Of a DNA stretch of 64,000 nucleotides, positions 14,528 through 29,462 are shown in pieces. Below the pieces are notes generated by a model, which ran no database searches, was not told where the DNA came from, and saw only the letters and a program-made list of their open reading frames with translations. Numbering within the stretch: the stretch's first letter is position 1; the number at the start of each line of letters is the position of its first letter. Source of the stretch: Octopus vulgaris. Its lineage: Eukaryota. The position numbers were made by a program, and so were the translations under genes. The stretch is taken from NCBI GenBank assembly GCA_951406725.2, contig OX597828.1, positions 36,952,001-37,016,000 of the forward strand, read 5' to 3'.

Positions 14528-15064
14528 GTAAGTATGAGACGTTTTCGCATAGCCATTTTGGTGCCGCTTATTTAGCGTCGCTGATTCGACGCTGACTTAT
14601 TTGACATCGGAAGTCTAAACGTTTCTCTCGTTTACTCCATCACCCTCTTTCTCTCCCTCTCTCTTTCTTTCCTTCTCTCTCTTTCTCTCCTCTCTTTCTC
14701 TTTTCTCTTTCTTTCTTTTCCTCTTTTTTTATTTGTGCGAGCATATTTTACTTCATGTGTATTAGGAAAGTGAAAGTGTTCATGGCAATCAGATTTAACG
14801 ACGAGAAAAATCTCCTTTCTTCGCGCTCTCTTTCAGTTTGTATGAATATATTTCTTTGCGCATTCGTGTGTGAGTTTGCCTTCCGTACCGAAAAAAAGTA
14901 TTGCTACTAAAATAGTTTACCTGTCCAGTCACTTGCACTCCTTGACCACACAACCATGTCTGTGCCAAGCTCTGCCTGAATTTCTTTCTCTATTTTCCTT
15001 TTAGGCTGTCTTTTAGTAGCGTTCAGTTCGTTCCTTTGTTACGGAAACTGCGACTTTTAAGTTG

Positions 15065-15470
15065 AATCTACGTAACCAAATTATTACATTCCTCAAACAA
15101 TCTATGTACCTATTGTTTTGTTTCGGGACGGTCATTTTTTCTTTGCCAAATAAACACACGCATTATATATTCCTTCTTCACTCGTTTATTACAGTCCTTA
15201 TTTTAACTGATGTCCATTGTCCGGAAATGTTTCGTCACACATCTGTGGCCTCTTCAGTGACTCGACACTTTCCGTCCTCGTGTATGCTCCTACTCCACTT
15301 AGTCCAAATTAATTTATACACCATTTTGCGTTTAAAATAGGTTAGTTTGTATATTTTAGTTGTATCGATAAGTTCTTCTTCCAGCAGACGTAGTTTAACG
15401 TTTAAAATTTTGTCTGAAGGATTTTTAAAAAATGCTTTATTTGTTCCACTTCGTGAAATTATTAGATGTG
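15065..15470 (-). mobile_element. Penelope-like element 3' remnant: frameshifted GIY-YIG C-terminus plus decayed hammerhead (15219-15263)
   Basis: Minus-strand translation KLRLLEE / SIQLKYTN*PILN resembles the LE..I....P.LN tail of PLE endonucleases. Downstream lies CTGAAGA-g-GCCACA-gatg-TGTGAC-GAAA-catttc. Confidence 0.5.
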
Positions 15471-15572
15471 TTACATCGCTAACTACGACAGAATATTAAC
15501 TCCTTTCCTAAGTAAATAAAACTTCCATAGTTTTATTTGCACGGGAAATAAGACTGTAAAATACTGACCATA

Positions 15573-16072
15573 CAGTAATCTCTCGATATATCTCGATATA
15601 TAACAACTGTCTTGTTCACCTATCGCGGTTTATTATTTAAGCTTACGTCGGTTCCTCCGCGGTGTTGTTTTGCATTTATAATAAAATAAATTCATACAAG
15701 TTATGAAAAAAAAAAACACAGTACATAGGCGCAGGAGTGGCTGTGTGGTAAGTAGCTTGCTTACCAGCCACATGGTTCCGGGTTCAGTCCCACTGCGTGG
15801 CACCTTGAGCAAATGTCTTCTACTATAGTCTCGGGCCGACCAAAGCCTTGTGAGTGGATTTGGTTGACGGACACTGAAAGAAGCCCGCTGTATATATATA
15901 TATATATATATATATATTAAGGTATGTAGAAAAATACAACATGGACAAGAACGTATAACTCTTAGAAGACGACACAATAAACACGGACAGGACATTCGAA
16001 ACCCTCAGTCTTCAGTCAAGAACCGGATCATCGTAGTAATTTCGGCTGATTAATCTTGATATATATATATAT

Positions 16073-16111
<39 letters not shown>

Positions 16112-16163
16112 TGCATACATATATATACACACACACACACACACATACACACACACACATATA

Positions 16164-16194
<31 letters not shown>

Positions 16195-16460
16195 GCGTGC
16201 ATGTGTTTGTGTGTCTGTGTTTGTCTCCCCAACATCGCTTCACAACTGATGCTGGTGTATTTTCGCCCCCATAACTTAGCGGTTCGGCAAAAAGTGACAG
16301 ATAGAATAAGTACTAGGCTTACAAAGAATAAGTCCTGGGGTCGATTTGTTCGACTAAAGGCGATGCCCCAGCATGGCCACAGTCAAATGACTGAAACAAG
16401 TAAAAGTGTAAAAGAGTACAGTACTGTTTCTACTTCGCGGATTTTCACCTATCGCAGGTG
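15573..16460. mobile_element. pogo/Tigger-like non-autonomous DNA element interrupted by a SINE
   Basis: TA-CAGTAATCTCTCG terminus; ttcacctatcgc motif on both sides of the SINE; acagtac on both SINE flanks. The right TIR is not seen. Confidence 0.45.
15727..16416 (+). mobile_element. SINE family B, full length, with a ~140-bp foreign insert (15917-16058) in its internal (TA)n
   Basis: 5' half at 15727-15890 and 3' half at 16190-16416. Confidence 0.9.
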
Positions 16461-17134
16461 TTATCTTCCAAAACCTGTATTCAGCTTTGCACAGGATATT
16501 TCCATGATTAAAAGGAGCTTATGGACTAACTTGAAATAAATGTTTATTCGTTTAGAGAGCCATGTCTTCATTAAAACATGTTCATAAAACATATATATAG
16601 GTATTAAGTGAGGATTTAATAACAAGAGGAAGGACAGCGCTCTGGACCTTACTCTGAAAAAGTGATAGACTATGGAGGAACAAGCCATGACACATAAGTC
16701 TTTGCAGTTGGACGCAACACATCGTGCTATCGGTAGCCACCTTCAACAAATATTGGCTTTTAGACTACATTAAAGGCACATAAAAGCCTGGTGGTGGTGC
16801 ATCATGAGGAAACGGATTTAATCCACCATCCCCAAACGTTGGTACACTACATCCAAGGAACTTCTGTATATTTGCTCTTTATAGGCGCAAGCGTGGCTGT
16901 GTGGTAAGAAGCATGCTTCCCAACCACATGGTTCCGGGCTCAGTCTCACTGCGTGGCAACTTGAGCAACTGTCTTATTCTATAGTTTTGGCCCGACCAAA
17001 GCTTTGTGAGTGGATTTGGTAGACTGAAAGAAGACCATCGTATATATGTCTATGTATATGTGTGCGCGTGTGTGTGTGTGCATGCGTTTGAATGTGTCTA
17101 CGTGTGTGTGTGTTTGTCCTTCACCACAACTTGA

Positions 17135-17518
17135 CAACAAGGCCCGAAATTTTTGGGGAGGGGGACAGTCGATTAGATCGGTACCAGTACGCAACTGGTA
17201 CTTAATTTATCGACCCCGAAAGGATGAAAGGTAAAGTCGACCTCGACGGAATTTGAACTCAGAACGTAAAGACAGACGAAATACCTATTTCTTTACTACC
17301 CACAAGGGGCTAAACGCAGAGAGGACAAACAAGGACAGAGAAACGGATTAAGTCGATTATATCGACCCCAGTGCGTAACTGGTACTTATTTAATCAACCT
17401 CGAAAGGATGAAAGGCAAAGTCGACCTCGGCGGAATTTGAACTGAGAACGTAGCGGCTGACGAAATACCGCTAGGCATTTCGCCCGCAGTGCTAACGTTT
17501 CTGCCAGCTCGCCGCCTT
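17135..17518 (-). mobile_element. SINE family A dimer abutting a family B copy (16882-17140 +)
   Basis: Two body modules; head ends ...ctgccagctcgccgcc at about 17517. Confidence 0.9.
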
Positions 17519-17685
17519 CGCACACATTATAATATTATCCTTATCATTGATTATTTTAGTATAAGTAGTAGTAGTTGTGGGAGTATTTCCAGTTGTAGTA
17601 GTATTAGGAACATTATTATAGTAGTAGCAACAGCAATTGTAGTTTAGTTGCAGTAGTAGAAACAGCAATCACGGTAGTGGTAGTG

Positions 17686-17727
<42 letters not shown>

Positions 17728-18086
17728 ATACTCACAGTATTCGTAATAATTATAGTTGTAATAGGAGAAAGGTATGAAAAGTTGTAGGTCTGGTTGTTAA
17801 ATGAAATATCAACGTTAAGAGAAAGAAACAGTAGGAAGGAAAGAGAGAAAGTGAGAGAGAGGGAGGGAGAGAAGGGAAAAGAGAGGGAGAGAGAGAGAGG
17901 GAAAGAATGCGTATGTATGTGTATGTATGTGTGTCTGTGTGTGTGTATGTGTGCGCGCTTGTATGTGTGTGCGTTCGAAAGAGGGAAAAAGAAACAGAGA
18001 TATAGATAAAGCTGAAAAGTAAACGAGAGCCATTGAAGAAGGGAAAGAAAGAGAAAAAAAAAGAAAGGATAGGTAGATAGATAGAT

Positions 18087-18122
<36 letters not shown>

Positions 18123-18373
18123 GGGAGACAGAGAGAGAAAGAGTGTGTATGAGTGAGAAAATGAGCTTGAAAGCGGGGGAAAAAAGAGATAAAGAGAAAG
18201 ATATAGAGAAAAGAAAATGGAAAGAAAACAAGAGCCATTAAAGCGATAAGGAAGACATTATCAGTGGAAGTTGTGTTAACAAAACAAAGATAGGTGATGG
18301 CACGTGTCTGCCCTTGAGGCTGAAAGAAAGAAAGAAGGAAGAAAAGAAAGGAAGAAAAGAAAGGAAGAAGGTA

Positions 18374-18412
<39 letters not shown>

Positions 18413-18852
18413 CAAACAAACGCTGCCGCCTGAATTCTTTGCTGTTCTAGATTAAACGATAAGAGAAATCACGAATGATAAGGTGTAAATATCTCTTCGG
18501 TGCCACCGAATGGGATGTTGGTGTTGCTGTTGTTGTTGTTGTGGCTGCTGTTGATGTTGTTGTTGCTGCTCTTTGTTGTTATTGTCGTTCTTGTTTAGCC
18601 CCAAGTCGACCCTGATCAAGCAGATCTGTGATAACAGCAATTCCTGGCACGAACATACCATTCCAAGAAAAATATACCTCAGACTGAATTATTGTATTGC
18701 ATTGTTTTTTATTTTTCTTTAAAAGACAAAAAAAAAAGAAAAACCAAAAAAAAAAAAAAATTGGTAAGGTGTAATTGGTAAGATGCTTAGCTGTTGCTTC
18801 TAGCAGGGACCCCTCGTTGGTTCGCCGGATTATACCAGAGTTTCGTGGTCTG

Positions 18853-20592
18853 TATTTATTTCTTTACTACCCACAAGGGGCTAAACACAGAGGGGACAAA
18901 CAAGGACAGACAAACAGATTAAGCCGATTACATCGACCCCAGTGCCTAACTGGTACTTAATTTATCGACCCCGAAAGGATGAAAGGCAAAGTCGACCTCG
19001 GCGGAATTTGAACTCAGAACGTAGCGACAGACGAAAATATGGCTACACATTTCGCCCGGCGTGCTAACGTTTCTGCCAGCTATCCGCCTTATTTCGTAGT
19101 CTGTATTGTATGGTGTAAGATATTACTTACAATTGCAGAGCTGGCAGAATCATTAACATTTCGGACAAAATGCTTAGCATTACTTCGTATGTCTTTACGT
19201 TTTCAGTTCAAATTCCGCCGAGGTCAGCGTTGCCTTTTATTCTATCGGGATCGTAAAAATAAGTACCAGTTGATCATTGGGATCAATGTAATCGATTTAT
19301 CACCTCTCCCGAAATTGCTGGCCTTGTGTCAAAATTTGAAACCATTATTGTTTGGTGTTGTTGAAGTTATTGTTGTTGTTGTTGTTGTTGCTCTTGTTCC
19401 TGTTGCTGTTGTAGTTTAAACGGTCAGCTGTTTTTGTTGCTGTTGTTATTGATATTATTGTTATCAAAGCGGCGAGCTGGCAGAAACGTTAGCACGCCAG
19501 GCGAAATGCTTAGCGGTATTTCGTCTGCCGCTACGTTCTGAGTTCAAATTCCGCCGAGGTCCACTTTGCCTTTCATCCTTTCGGGATCGATTAAATAAGT
19601 ACCAGTTACGCACTGGGGTCAATGTAATCGACTTAATACCTATGTCTGTCCTTGTTTGTTCCCTCTATGTTTAGCCCCTTGTGGGTAATAAAGAAATAGG
19701 TATTTCGTCTGCCGCTACGTTCTGAGTTCAAATTCCGCCGAGGTCCACTTTGCCTTTCATCCTTCCGGGGTCGATTAAATAAGTACCAGTTGCGCACTGG
19801 GTTCGATATAATCGACTTAATCCGCTTGTCTGTCCTTGTTTGTCCTCTCTGTGTTTAGCCCTTTGTGGGTAGTAAAGAAATAGGTATTTCGTTTCCGCCG
19901 AGGTCGACTTTGTCTTTCATCCTTTCGGGGTCGATTAAATAACTACCAGTTATGCAGTGATGTCGATATAATCGACTAAATCCGTTTGTCTGTCCTTGTT
20001 CGTCCTCTCTGTGTTTAGCCCCTTGTGGATAGTAAAGAAATAGGTATTTCGCCCGTCCCTACGTTCTGAGTTCAAATTCCGCCAAGGTCAACTTTACCTT
20101 TCATCCTTTCAGGATCGCTAAAACAAGTATCAGTTGAACAGTGGGGTCAATGTAATCGACTCATCCCCACCTTCCCTAACCTGCCCTTGTGGCAAAAATT
20201 TGAAATAATGATTGTTGTTATTGTTGTTAAGGCGTTGAGCTGGCAGAATCGTTAACACGCCGGGCGAAATGCTTAGCCGTATTTCGTCTTCCGTTACGTT
20301 CAAATACCGCTGAGGTCGACTTTGCCTTTCTTCCTTTCAGGGTCGATAGATTAAGTACCAGCTGACTACTGGAGTCGATGAAATCAAGTGGTTCCTTCCC
20401 TCGTATTTCAGGCTTTGTGCATATAGTAGAAATTATTATTATCATTGTTATTATTGTTTTAGCTGTTGTTTCTCTTGTCTACCCCGAAAGGATGAAATGC
20501 AAAGTCGACCTCGGCGGAATTTGAACTCAGAACGTAACGGCAAACGAAATAGTGCTAAACATTTCGGCCGGCGTTCTAACGTTTCTGCCAGT
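18853..20592. mobile_element. Cluster of SINE family A copies: 18853-19090 (-), 19130-19345 (+), 19468-20205 (+, tetramer), 20230-20432 (+), 20480-20592 (-)
   Basis: Repeated head and body motifs in both orientations. Confidence 0.9.
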
Positions 20593-21154
20593 TCTTTGTC
20601 TTGAAGGCGGTACATTAATGCACTAAGTCGCCCTCAATCACGCTTAAAAAATCTGGTCTTGGTCTACTTTAGATAGATGTTCTAATCAGAATGAGGGATC
20701 CCCCGCCCATTCATTACCTCAAATATTTCTAGGGTCCAGAGCACTGTTGCTTCGAAATCATTGGCCCCGTACGATTTGTACATTCCTCCCTTTGACGGAC
20801 ATGTTTGTGATTTGCAATCCTGCTGAGCAACATAATGGCGCCCACCGAATTTTATCGTCGACAAGCAAAAAGCATGTAACAAGATGTATTGCAAATGTAT
20901 ACAGAAACAAACGTACACAAACACACACGCGCACTCATACACGCACGCATGCACACACACACACATACACACAGGCACACACATGCATGTAAATGTACAT
21001 ATGTATGTGCAAATATATATACACACTCACATATATTTACATATATATCCAGATGCATATGTTCATGCGTATATATATATATATATAACGCATATGTCCG
21101 GCCATCATCATGATTAATCGCTAGTCACTAAAGCATTTTTATTCTCTCTCTCTC

Positions 21155-21580
<426 letters not shown>

Positions 21581-22005
21581 TATGCTTATTTCCTCATATT
21601 CCTTTATGTTGAAGAGCGTAGGCTCGAAACGCAAAAGACATTCTCACCTTCCCGAGCATTAAACTAATACACCTGTTTGTTATTTACACACTTGTCTTCG
21701 TTTTTTGTTCTTTGTAAATTCCAAACGCACGCACACACACACATACACACACAAATACACACATATATATATATATATATATATTTATACATACACATAC
21801 ACACACACACATATATATATATATGGATATATACATAAATTTAATACATGGGTGTGTATTAATTTTTTATGTATATATTAATGCATATATATAAATATGT
21901 TTTGAGATATATGTATATATCTATTTATATATATATATATCAATATATGTGCGTGTGTATAGATACGTATATATATACATATATATATATGCACATACAT
22001 ACATG

Positions 22006-22097
<92 letters not shown>

Positions 22098-22153
22098 TGT
22101 GTATATATATGTATGGATGTATGTATTTTCTACGTGTGTGAATAGTAAGTTAA

Positions 22154-22420
22154 GGTATAGAGTGTTACAGATAAATCTTTGTTACTTCAAGTTTCATATT
22201 TAGTTAAAACTAAAGGTTTAGTTAAACAACCAAACAATAACGAAACGTAAAACAAGAAGAAAGGAACTGTTATCGCGTTAGAGCACCGGACGTACACCCA
22301 CTCAGTCCAACCACCACTCGGAGCTCTTCCAAGATAACGGTTATTTATTCCGTCTGGTGATTTTCTGATCTTAAACACTAAATATGAAATAACCAAGTTT
22401 TATCTGTAATAGTCTATACC
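22154..22420. mobile_element. MITE-like element with ~45-bp imperfect terminal inverted repeats
   Basis: Left arm ggtatagagtgttacagataaatctttgtta..tttcatatttagt matches the reverse complement of the right arm, ggtatagactattacagataaaacttggttatttcatatttagt. Confidence 0.7.
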
Positions 22421-22609
22421 ATATCATATCATGATATATATGTATATGTGTGCGTGTGTGTGTGTGTGATATAGGTCGAATAAACCGCATGAGGCGGAAC
22501 ATGTAATCCTCGTCAATGGAATATGTATAATAAGTAAATTTGACTTAACTAAAACGATTGAGTCTCATCAGTATTGCTAAATGTTTGTAGGCTTGTTGTT
22601 TCTACATTT

Positions 22610-22740
<131 letters not shown>

Positions 22741-23111
22741 GCATGTGAAGCATATTGTACTTTTAACACTGTCTATAAAGGGATCTGTCTTGAAACGATC
22801 ACTGCAGCCCCTAACTGTTCAGCAATATACATGCGATATATATATCATACAGCGAAAGAGAAGAATGAGTATTGTAATTTACTTAAGGCATTGCATTGTG
22901 TAAATGGCATAAGTATTAGGGGTGAGTGTGGGGAACTAAGCAATAGTAGTGAAAAGTTAGGCAAATAATATAAGGCGATATAAATAAATATAAATGAAGA
23001 GAAAAAGTATTATCTTACATAGGTTATTTATGGATCATATAATATTTCAGGAAAGATAATCCTATTCAAATAGAAGAAAAGTAGTGTATATACATGCACG
23101 CCCACATAATG

Positions 23112-23568
23112 CATACATACATACATACATACATACATACATACATACATACATACATACATACATACATACATACACACATACATACATAAATACATAC
23201 ATACATACATACATACATACATACATACATACATACATACATACATACATACATAAATACATACATACATACATACATACATACATACATACATACATAC
23301 ATACATAAATACATACATACATACATACATACATACATACATACACACATACATACATAAATACATACATAAATACATACATACATACATACATACATAC
23401 ATACATACACATATGACATATGTATGTATGCATGTATGTATAAATATATATGATATGATATATATATTTATTTATAAAATTTACTTATTGTTCTCCATCG
23501 AATTGTGAATCCTTTGGGGAATTAGCGAATGTACATTTAAGTCTTCAGCGTATTTTTGCACCACTTAC

Positions 23569-23654
<86 letters not shown>

Positions 23655-23700
23655 ACACACACACACATACACACACACATACACACACACATACACACAA
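23112..23700 (+). repeat. (CATA)n and (CA)n microsatellites
   Basis: Direct observation. Confidence 0.95.
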
Positions 23701-24451
23701 GCGCACACATTCACACGCGCACAAATACATGTGTATATTTATATAGTGACCAAACACGAATCTGCACGGAATTCGATATAAATTTCCCATAAATTAGTCA
23801 GTTTTCAACGGAAGTGTGTCGCACAAACAGTCTCTGTACAAATAATTACTGCACAACCAGTAGGCACGCAGTTATTTAGTGCATATACCTTTAGTGCAGT
23901 AGATTACAGCTTGAAGATGAAAATCCTCTTTGCCAAGTCCTATAATTTACGATTCATCGATGTCAGCGAACCGAACATTAGTGGTATTTAACATTTGAAA
24001 GCTAACATCATTAAAGTAGACAGAGGCAGGAAATGTTCCAACGTTAATCCACGTCTTGCAATGACCGCGACAATATGGCTTATCCTGTCACTCTTCTGAC
24101 CCTTGAACACTTAATCTATGATGCAAGATCTGCTCTCGTTACTCCCACAGATGACTAAAACTAATACAAAGTTTGATCTTTTTTCTTTCCTTTGAGGAAT
24201 GACATGGCTATAGATTGTTCTACACTTGAATGAAACATTAATATTGAATAAATATTATTCGAAATTTTGTATTTTCATACTTTTATACAAACGTGTTAAT
24301 TATCTGACTGCATTTTTCTAACACGTATTTCCTATGTCGAATCAATTCATTGTTGTTGACACGATTATGAGCAAAACGTATGATAGAGATATTATGGATT
24401 AATGGTTCTTCATTTGCCTTCATTTCTGCCATCTCACTGCCTTTTTGTCTT

Positions 24452-24543
<92 letters not shown>

Positions 24544-24899
24544 AAACACACACAGATATCCGCGCGCGCCTTTATATATATATATTAACATTAATGGCAT
24601 AAAAAGAGTTCACCTCACAACTAGCAAGCATCGTGCAACAGAATATATAATACTTACATCTAGATAAGTATGATGACTATGAATTATTTCATGCAGTTGC
24701 AGCTGGCGAAGTTCAGGCCTTAGCGATAATATACAGCGTTAATAATGTATTTACTATGAAGCGATACAAATTCAAGGTATGACAGAAAAGCATTTCATAT
24801 TTTACGCGGCCATTGTTGCGACACTCGTGAAGTGAGGTTGATAGTAATGCTAGCTTCACTTTACTAATGTTTTATCGTTCATGTTTTTCAGTTGCCATT

Positions 24900-24962
24900 A
24901 TGGTCGGGATTGGTCCACGTCGTATTTTTGTTGTTGAAGCATTTATCAAGAGTGGTGGATCT
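24900..24962 (+). mobile_element. Tc1/mariner transposase N-terminal fossil (DUF4817-like HTH start)
   Basis: MVGIGPRRIFVVEAFIKSGGS resembles M.W.GEHR.F.VE.F...G.S. It breaks off into a poly-T run. Confidence 0.5.
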
Positions 24963-26342
24963 GAGGGGTTTTTTTTTCCCGCTGCAAAACCAAGAGCCCA
25001 AAATCAAAACAACAATAATAACGGTTTCTGATTTATCTAAGGATCAGCAATTTACGAGGGGAGGAGCTTAGTTGAGACAATCGATCTCAGTAGTGAACTG
25101 GAACTTTATTTCTAACGATCCCAGAGGGACGAAAAGTAAGATTGATTTTGACAGGGTTTGAACTTAGAACATAAAGAAACGGAACATGTACTGCAGGGCA
25201 ATTTTTCTGACGCTTTTACGATTCTAGCCTGTCCAAGTTGCTCGTGTTTCAGAGCTCTTTCCAGTGCTTCTCAGAATATATGGTGCTTATTATCATCACC
25301 CATGTTAAATAAAAGAAAATAAAGCGTAAAGTGACTTCTATAGAGTCAAAACGAATCGTTTACATTTGATTTGAACTCATCACCAATGAACTCTTCCTCT
25401 ATCCTAATATCTTCACTTGGACAACCCTTTTACTGCTATAACTAAGACATAACGCTACATAATTTTTAATTTATAAATAAATGTTTTCCAGCGTTATCTG
25501 CTTACTTCCTCGGTGGTTCTGTTTTTAAGACGTGTGCTTCTATTTCACGTGTTTCTGGTTTCAAATTTCAATCCCTCTACGCAGGGCATCATGTTGATGT
25601 ATTTTGTCCTAATTTAGTGAAAACTAGAGCCTTATCAATGAAATTGAATAGAGAGAAACGCGTTGGAATTTCGTTAGTTGGATGGATTTTAATTGTAAAT
25701 CGTAGTTAGTTTCGTCGTAGACAATGTCACTGCTTGAAGATTACGCTGAAGGTACAAGTGTTTGTGGAATACTCGGCCATTTATACTAGAATACAATGAG
25801 AGTTTGCAACTATGTAATATCCCACTAGATACGAGAGTCTATGTGTGATTTAAAAGAGCTGTGTTATTACACACGGTACGACATCTTAATCCTGCCAGGA
25901 GATTAATTTAAAGATGTAAGTGCTAGTAAAACGTTGGACAAAATATGTAGAGGTATTCCTTCAATGTTACGTTCAGAGTTAAAATCCTGTCGAAATAAAC
26001 TTTGTCCTTCATCTCTTCACAATCAATAGACTATTAGTTCCAAACTTTGTAATTCCACGATATCAATGGGCTTTGATGGCTACATCACAGTGGATAATAC
26101 TTACGGAATACTCAACCAACTCAACGAGTTTATAGGTCCGTTGACCGAAGACCTGTTATACTCGTTCTTTGAAACTGACACGTGATCGATTTATTCATTC
26201 ACCAAATTGTGACAATATTTATAATTACAACATTTTCTTTCCTTTTCAGCTCGCAGTTATCCTTCATCGGCCGCGCAATTCGCTATCATTCCTTACCTTC
26301 TTTAGCACTTTCATTCATGCTTATTCCTCCACTTGCTTCTAA

Positions 26343-26343
<1 letters not shown>

Positions 26344-26373
<30 letters not shown>

Positions 26374-26642
26374 CTTCTTCTTCTTCTTCTTCTTCTTCTT
26401 CTTCTTCTTCTTCTTCTTCTTCTTCTTCTTCTTCTTCTTCTTCTTCTTCTTCTTCTTCTTCTTCTTCTTCTTCTCTTCTTCTTCTTCGTCTTCTTCTTCT
26501 TCTTCTTCTTCTTCTTCTTCTTCTTCTGCTTCTTCTTCTTCTTCTTCTTCTTCTTCTTCTTCTTCTTCTTCTTCTTCTTCTTCTTCTTCTTCTTCTTCTT
26601 CTTCTTCTTCTTCTTCTTCTTCTTCTTCTTCTTCTTCTTCTT

Positions 26643-26675
<33 letters not shown>

Positions 26676-27364
26676 CTCAACATTTAAACCTCCAGTGCAA
26701 TATTTCTCTCAGAACTCATCTATCGAAACGCATTGGTTTTTCCCTCGAGGGATGAGTGAAGGAGGCGAAACACTGAAAGAGGTCAGGGAGAAATGCTTAT
26801 AAATAGGATGATGATGATGACGACGACGACGACGATGGTGATGATGATGATTGTGATGAATATGATGATGTCGATGACGACAATGATTATTAAGCCGATG
26901 GTGAAATTAATAATAATAATAATAATTTTGAAGGTGATGTTAATGGCGGTGATGGTGATGGGGATGATGGTGGTGGGTGTGGCGTCGTTATTAGAAATAA
27001 AAGGAAAGACAAAAGTATGGAATAAAGAATGGCAAACGAGAATTACACAGTGAGTTCAAATTCCGCCGAGGTCAACTTTGTCTTTCATCCTTTCGGGGTC
27101 GATAAATTAATTACCAGTTGCATACTGGGGTCGATGTGATCGACTATTCCCCTCCCTCAGTTTCAGGCCTTGTGCCTACAATAGAATGACGGTTAGCTGG
27201 CAGAATCGTTAGCGCGTCGGGCAAAATTCTTAGCGGTATTTCGACTGTCATTATGTTCTGAGTTCAAATTCCGCCGAGGTTAACTTTGCCTCAAGTACTG
27301 GGGCCGTTGTGATCGAATTATCTCTCTCCGCAAATCCCAGGCCTTGCAGCTATTAGTAGAAAGA

Positions 27365-27436
<72 letters not shown>

Positions 27437-28883
27437 GTATTAGTGGTAGTAGTAGTAGTAGTGGTAGTAGTAGTTGTAGCAAGGAAGAAAAGAAGGTAGA
27501 ACAATGCAGAATAACAGTCACAGAACAAATGGAAGACAGAAAAGGATGCCAAGTTGGAGGATGAGAAGATGAAGAGGACGGAAGAGAGTAAGAAGAAGGG
27601 AGAGGGGAAAGAGGATGAGGAGTAAAAAGTAGGAAGAGGAAGGAGAGGAAACTAGGAAGGTGAAGGAGAGGAAGAAAATGGAAAAGTTGAAGTAGAAGGG
27701 GGAAGGAGAAGGAGTAAAATGAAGAATGAAGAAGAAAAGGAAATGAAGGAAAAGAAGAAGTAGTTGTAGAAGAAGGATGAGGATGAGGAGGCAGAAGAGG
27801 ATTAGGGAAGAAGAAAGAGGCTAGGAGGGGAAGAAGAAGAAGAATGAGGAGGGGAGGAGGACGAGAAGAATAAGAAAAATAAGAAGAATGAGGAGGAAGA
27901 GAAGAAGAAGAAGAAGAATGAGGAAGAAGAAGAATGAAGAATGAGGAGGAGCAGACAAGGGGAATGGGAAGAATAAGAAAAGTAAGAAGAATGAGGAGGG
28001 GAAGAGGAAGAATGAGGAATGAGGAGGGAAGGAGGATGAGGAAAAGAAGAATAAGAAAGATAACAAGAATGAGGAGGAAAGGTGAAGAAGAAGAAGAAGA
28101 AGAAGAAGAAGAAGAAGAAGAAGAAGAAGAAGAAGAAGAAGAAGAAGAAGAAGAAGAAGAAGAAGAAGAAGAAGAAGAAGAAGAAGAAGAAGAAGAAGAA
28201 GAAGAAGAAGAAGAAGAAGAAGAAGAAGAAGAAGAAGACGAAGAAGAAGAAGAAGAAGAAGAAACTGGAGCAGAAATGAGGAAGTAGTCTAAAAGCTTCA
28301 AGAATGAGAAAAAGGAGAACAAAATGCGAATCCACGAATGAAGGAGACGCAGTCGGGAATTAAGAAAGTAGCCATTTTGGTTTTGGACTACATTCTCTTG
28401 GTCTTCTTTTCCTCTCTTTCTTCTCTTCTTCTTTCTACCCTCTCCTCTTTTTTCTTTGTTTATATATCCTCAAACTTCTTTCTTATTTTTTCCCTTTTCT
28501 CTCTCATCTTCTCTATACTTTTCTTCCACACTTTTTTTTTACTACAGACTTCTCAGCTCCGTTTTTCTCCTCCAACTTATGCACTTGTTGTCGTCGTTCT
28601 TCTTCTTCTTCTTCTTCTTCTTCTTCTTCTTCTTCCCCCTCCTCCTCCTTCTTCTTCCCCCCCCTCCTCCTCTTCTTCTTCTTCTTCTTCTTCTTCTTCT
28701 TCTTCTTTCCTCCTCTTCCTTCTGTACCTCATCATCACCACATTACCATTCCCCCTCGTCACCACCACCACCACTACTATCACCATCATCATCATCATCC
28801 TCATCTTCATCCTCATAATCATCACCACCACCACCACCACCACCACCACCACCACCACCACCACCACCACCACCACCACCACC

Positions 28884-28943
<60 letters not shown>

Positions 28944-29224
28944 TCATTTAACGTTCGGAACTAATTCCCTTCTTTATCCGTAGCTTGTCTGTTTCCTTTC
29001 TGTCTTTCTTTCGTTCTTTCTTTCTTTCTTTCTTTCCCCAGTTTTTCTTCCTTCCTTCCTTCCTTTTTTTTCTATCTTTTCTGTTTCATTCCGTTTATTT
29101 TTTGTTCCTTTTTTATCTTTGTTCATTAATTCGATGAACCTTGATTTGTTTGTGTGTGAATAATTGTGTGGAGATGTACATGTGGGTGAGTGTGTGTGTC
29201 TGTGTGTGTGAATGCGTGAGCGGT

Positions 29225-29258
<34 letters not shown>

Positions 29259-29414
29259 ACTATGGGCACTACGCATATATGTGTATTAGCGCTTGGGAGC
29301 TTGTGAGTGAGTATGTGTGTATGTTTGTATTTACGTGTGTCTGTGTGCGTGTATGACCATGTGCTTGTGGATGCGTGGTTAGAGAGCAATGCAATTGTTT
29401 CTGCGTGCTTCTGA

Positions 29415-29462
<48 letters not shown>

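Noticed and set aside
15990-16055. CTGAAGA/GAAA on the minus strand in the insert within SINE B
   Set aside because: Helix III is plausible but stems I and II are out of register, so it is not called.
26676-26772. Minus-strand exon-like segment (strong acceptor, GTAAGA donor)
   Set aside because: Stops occur in all frames (phase 0 gives CFASFTHPSREKPMRFDR*). It cannot be linked to the Cys-rich exons without transcript data.
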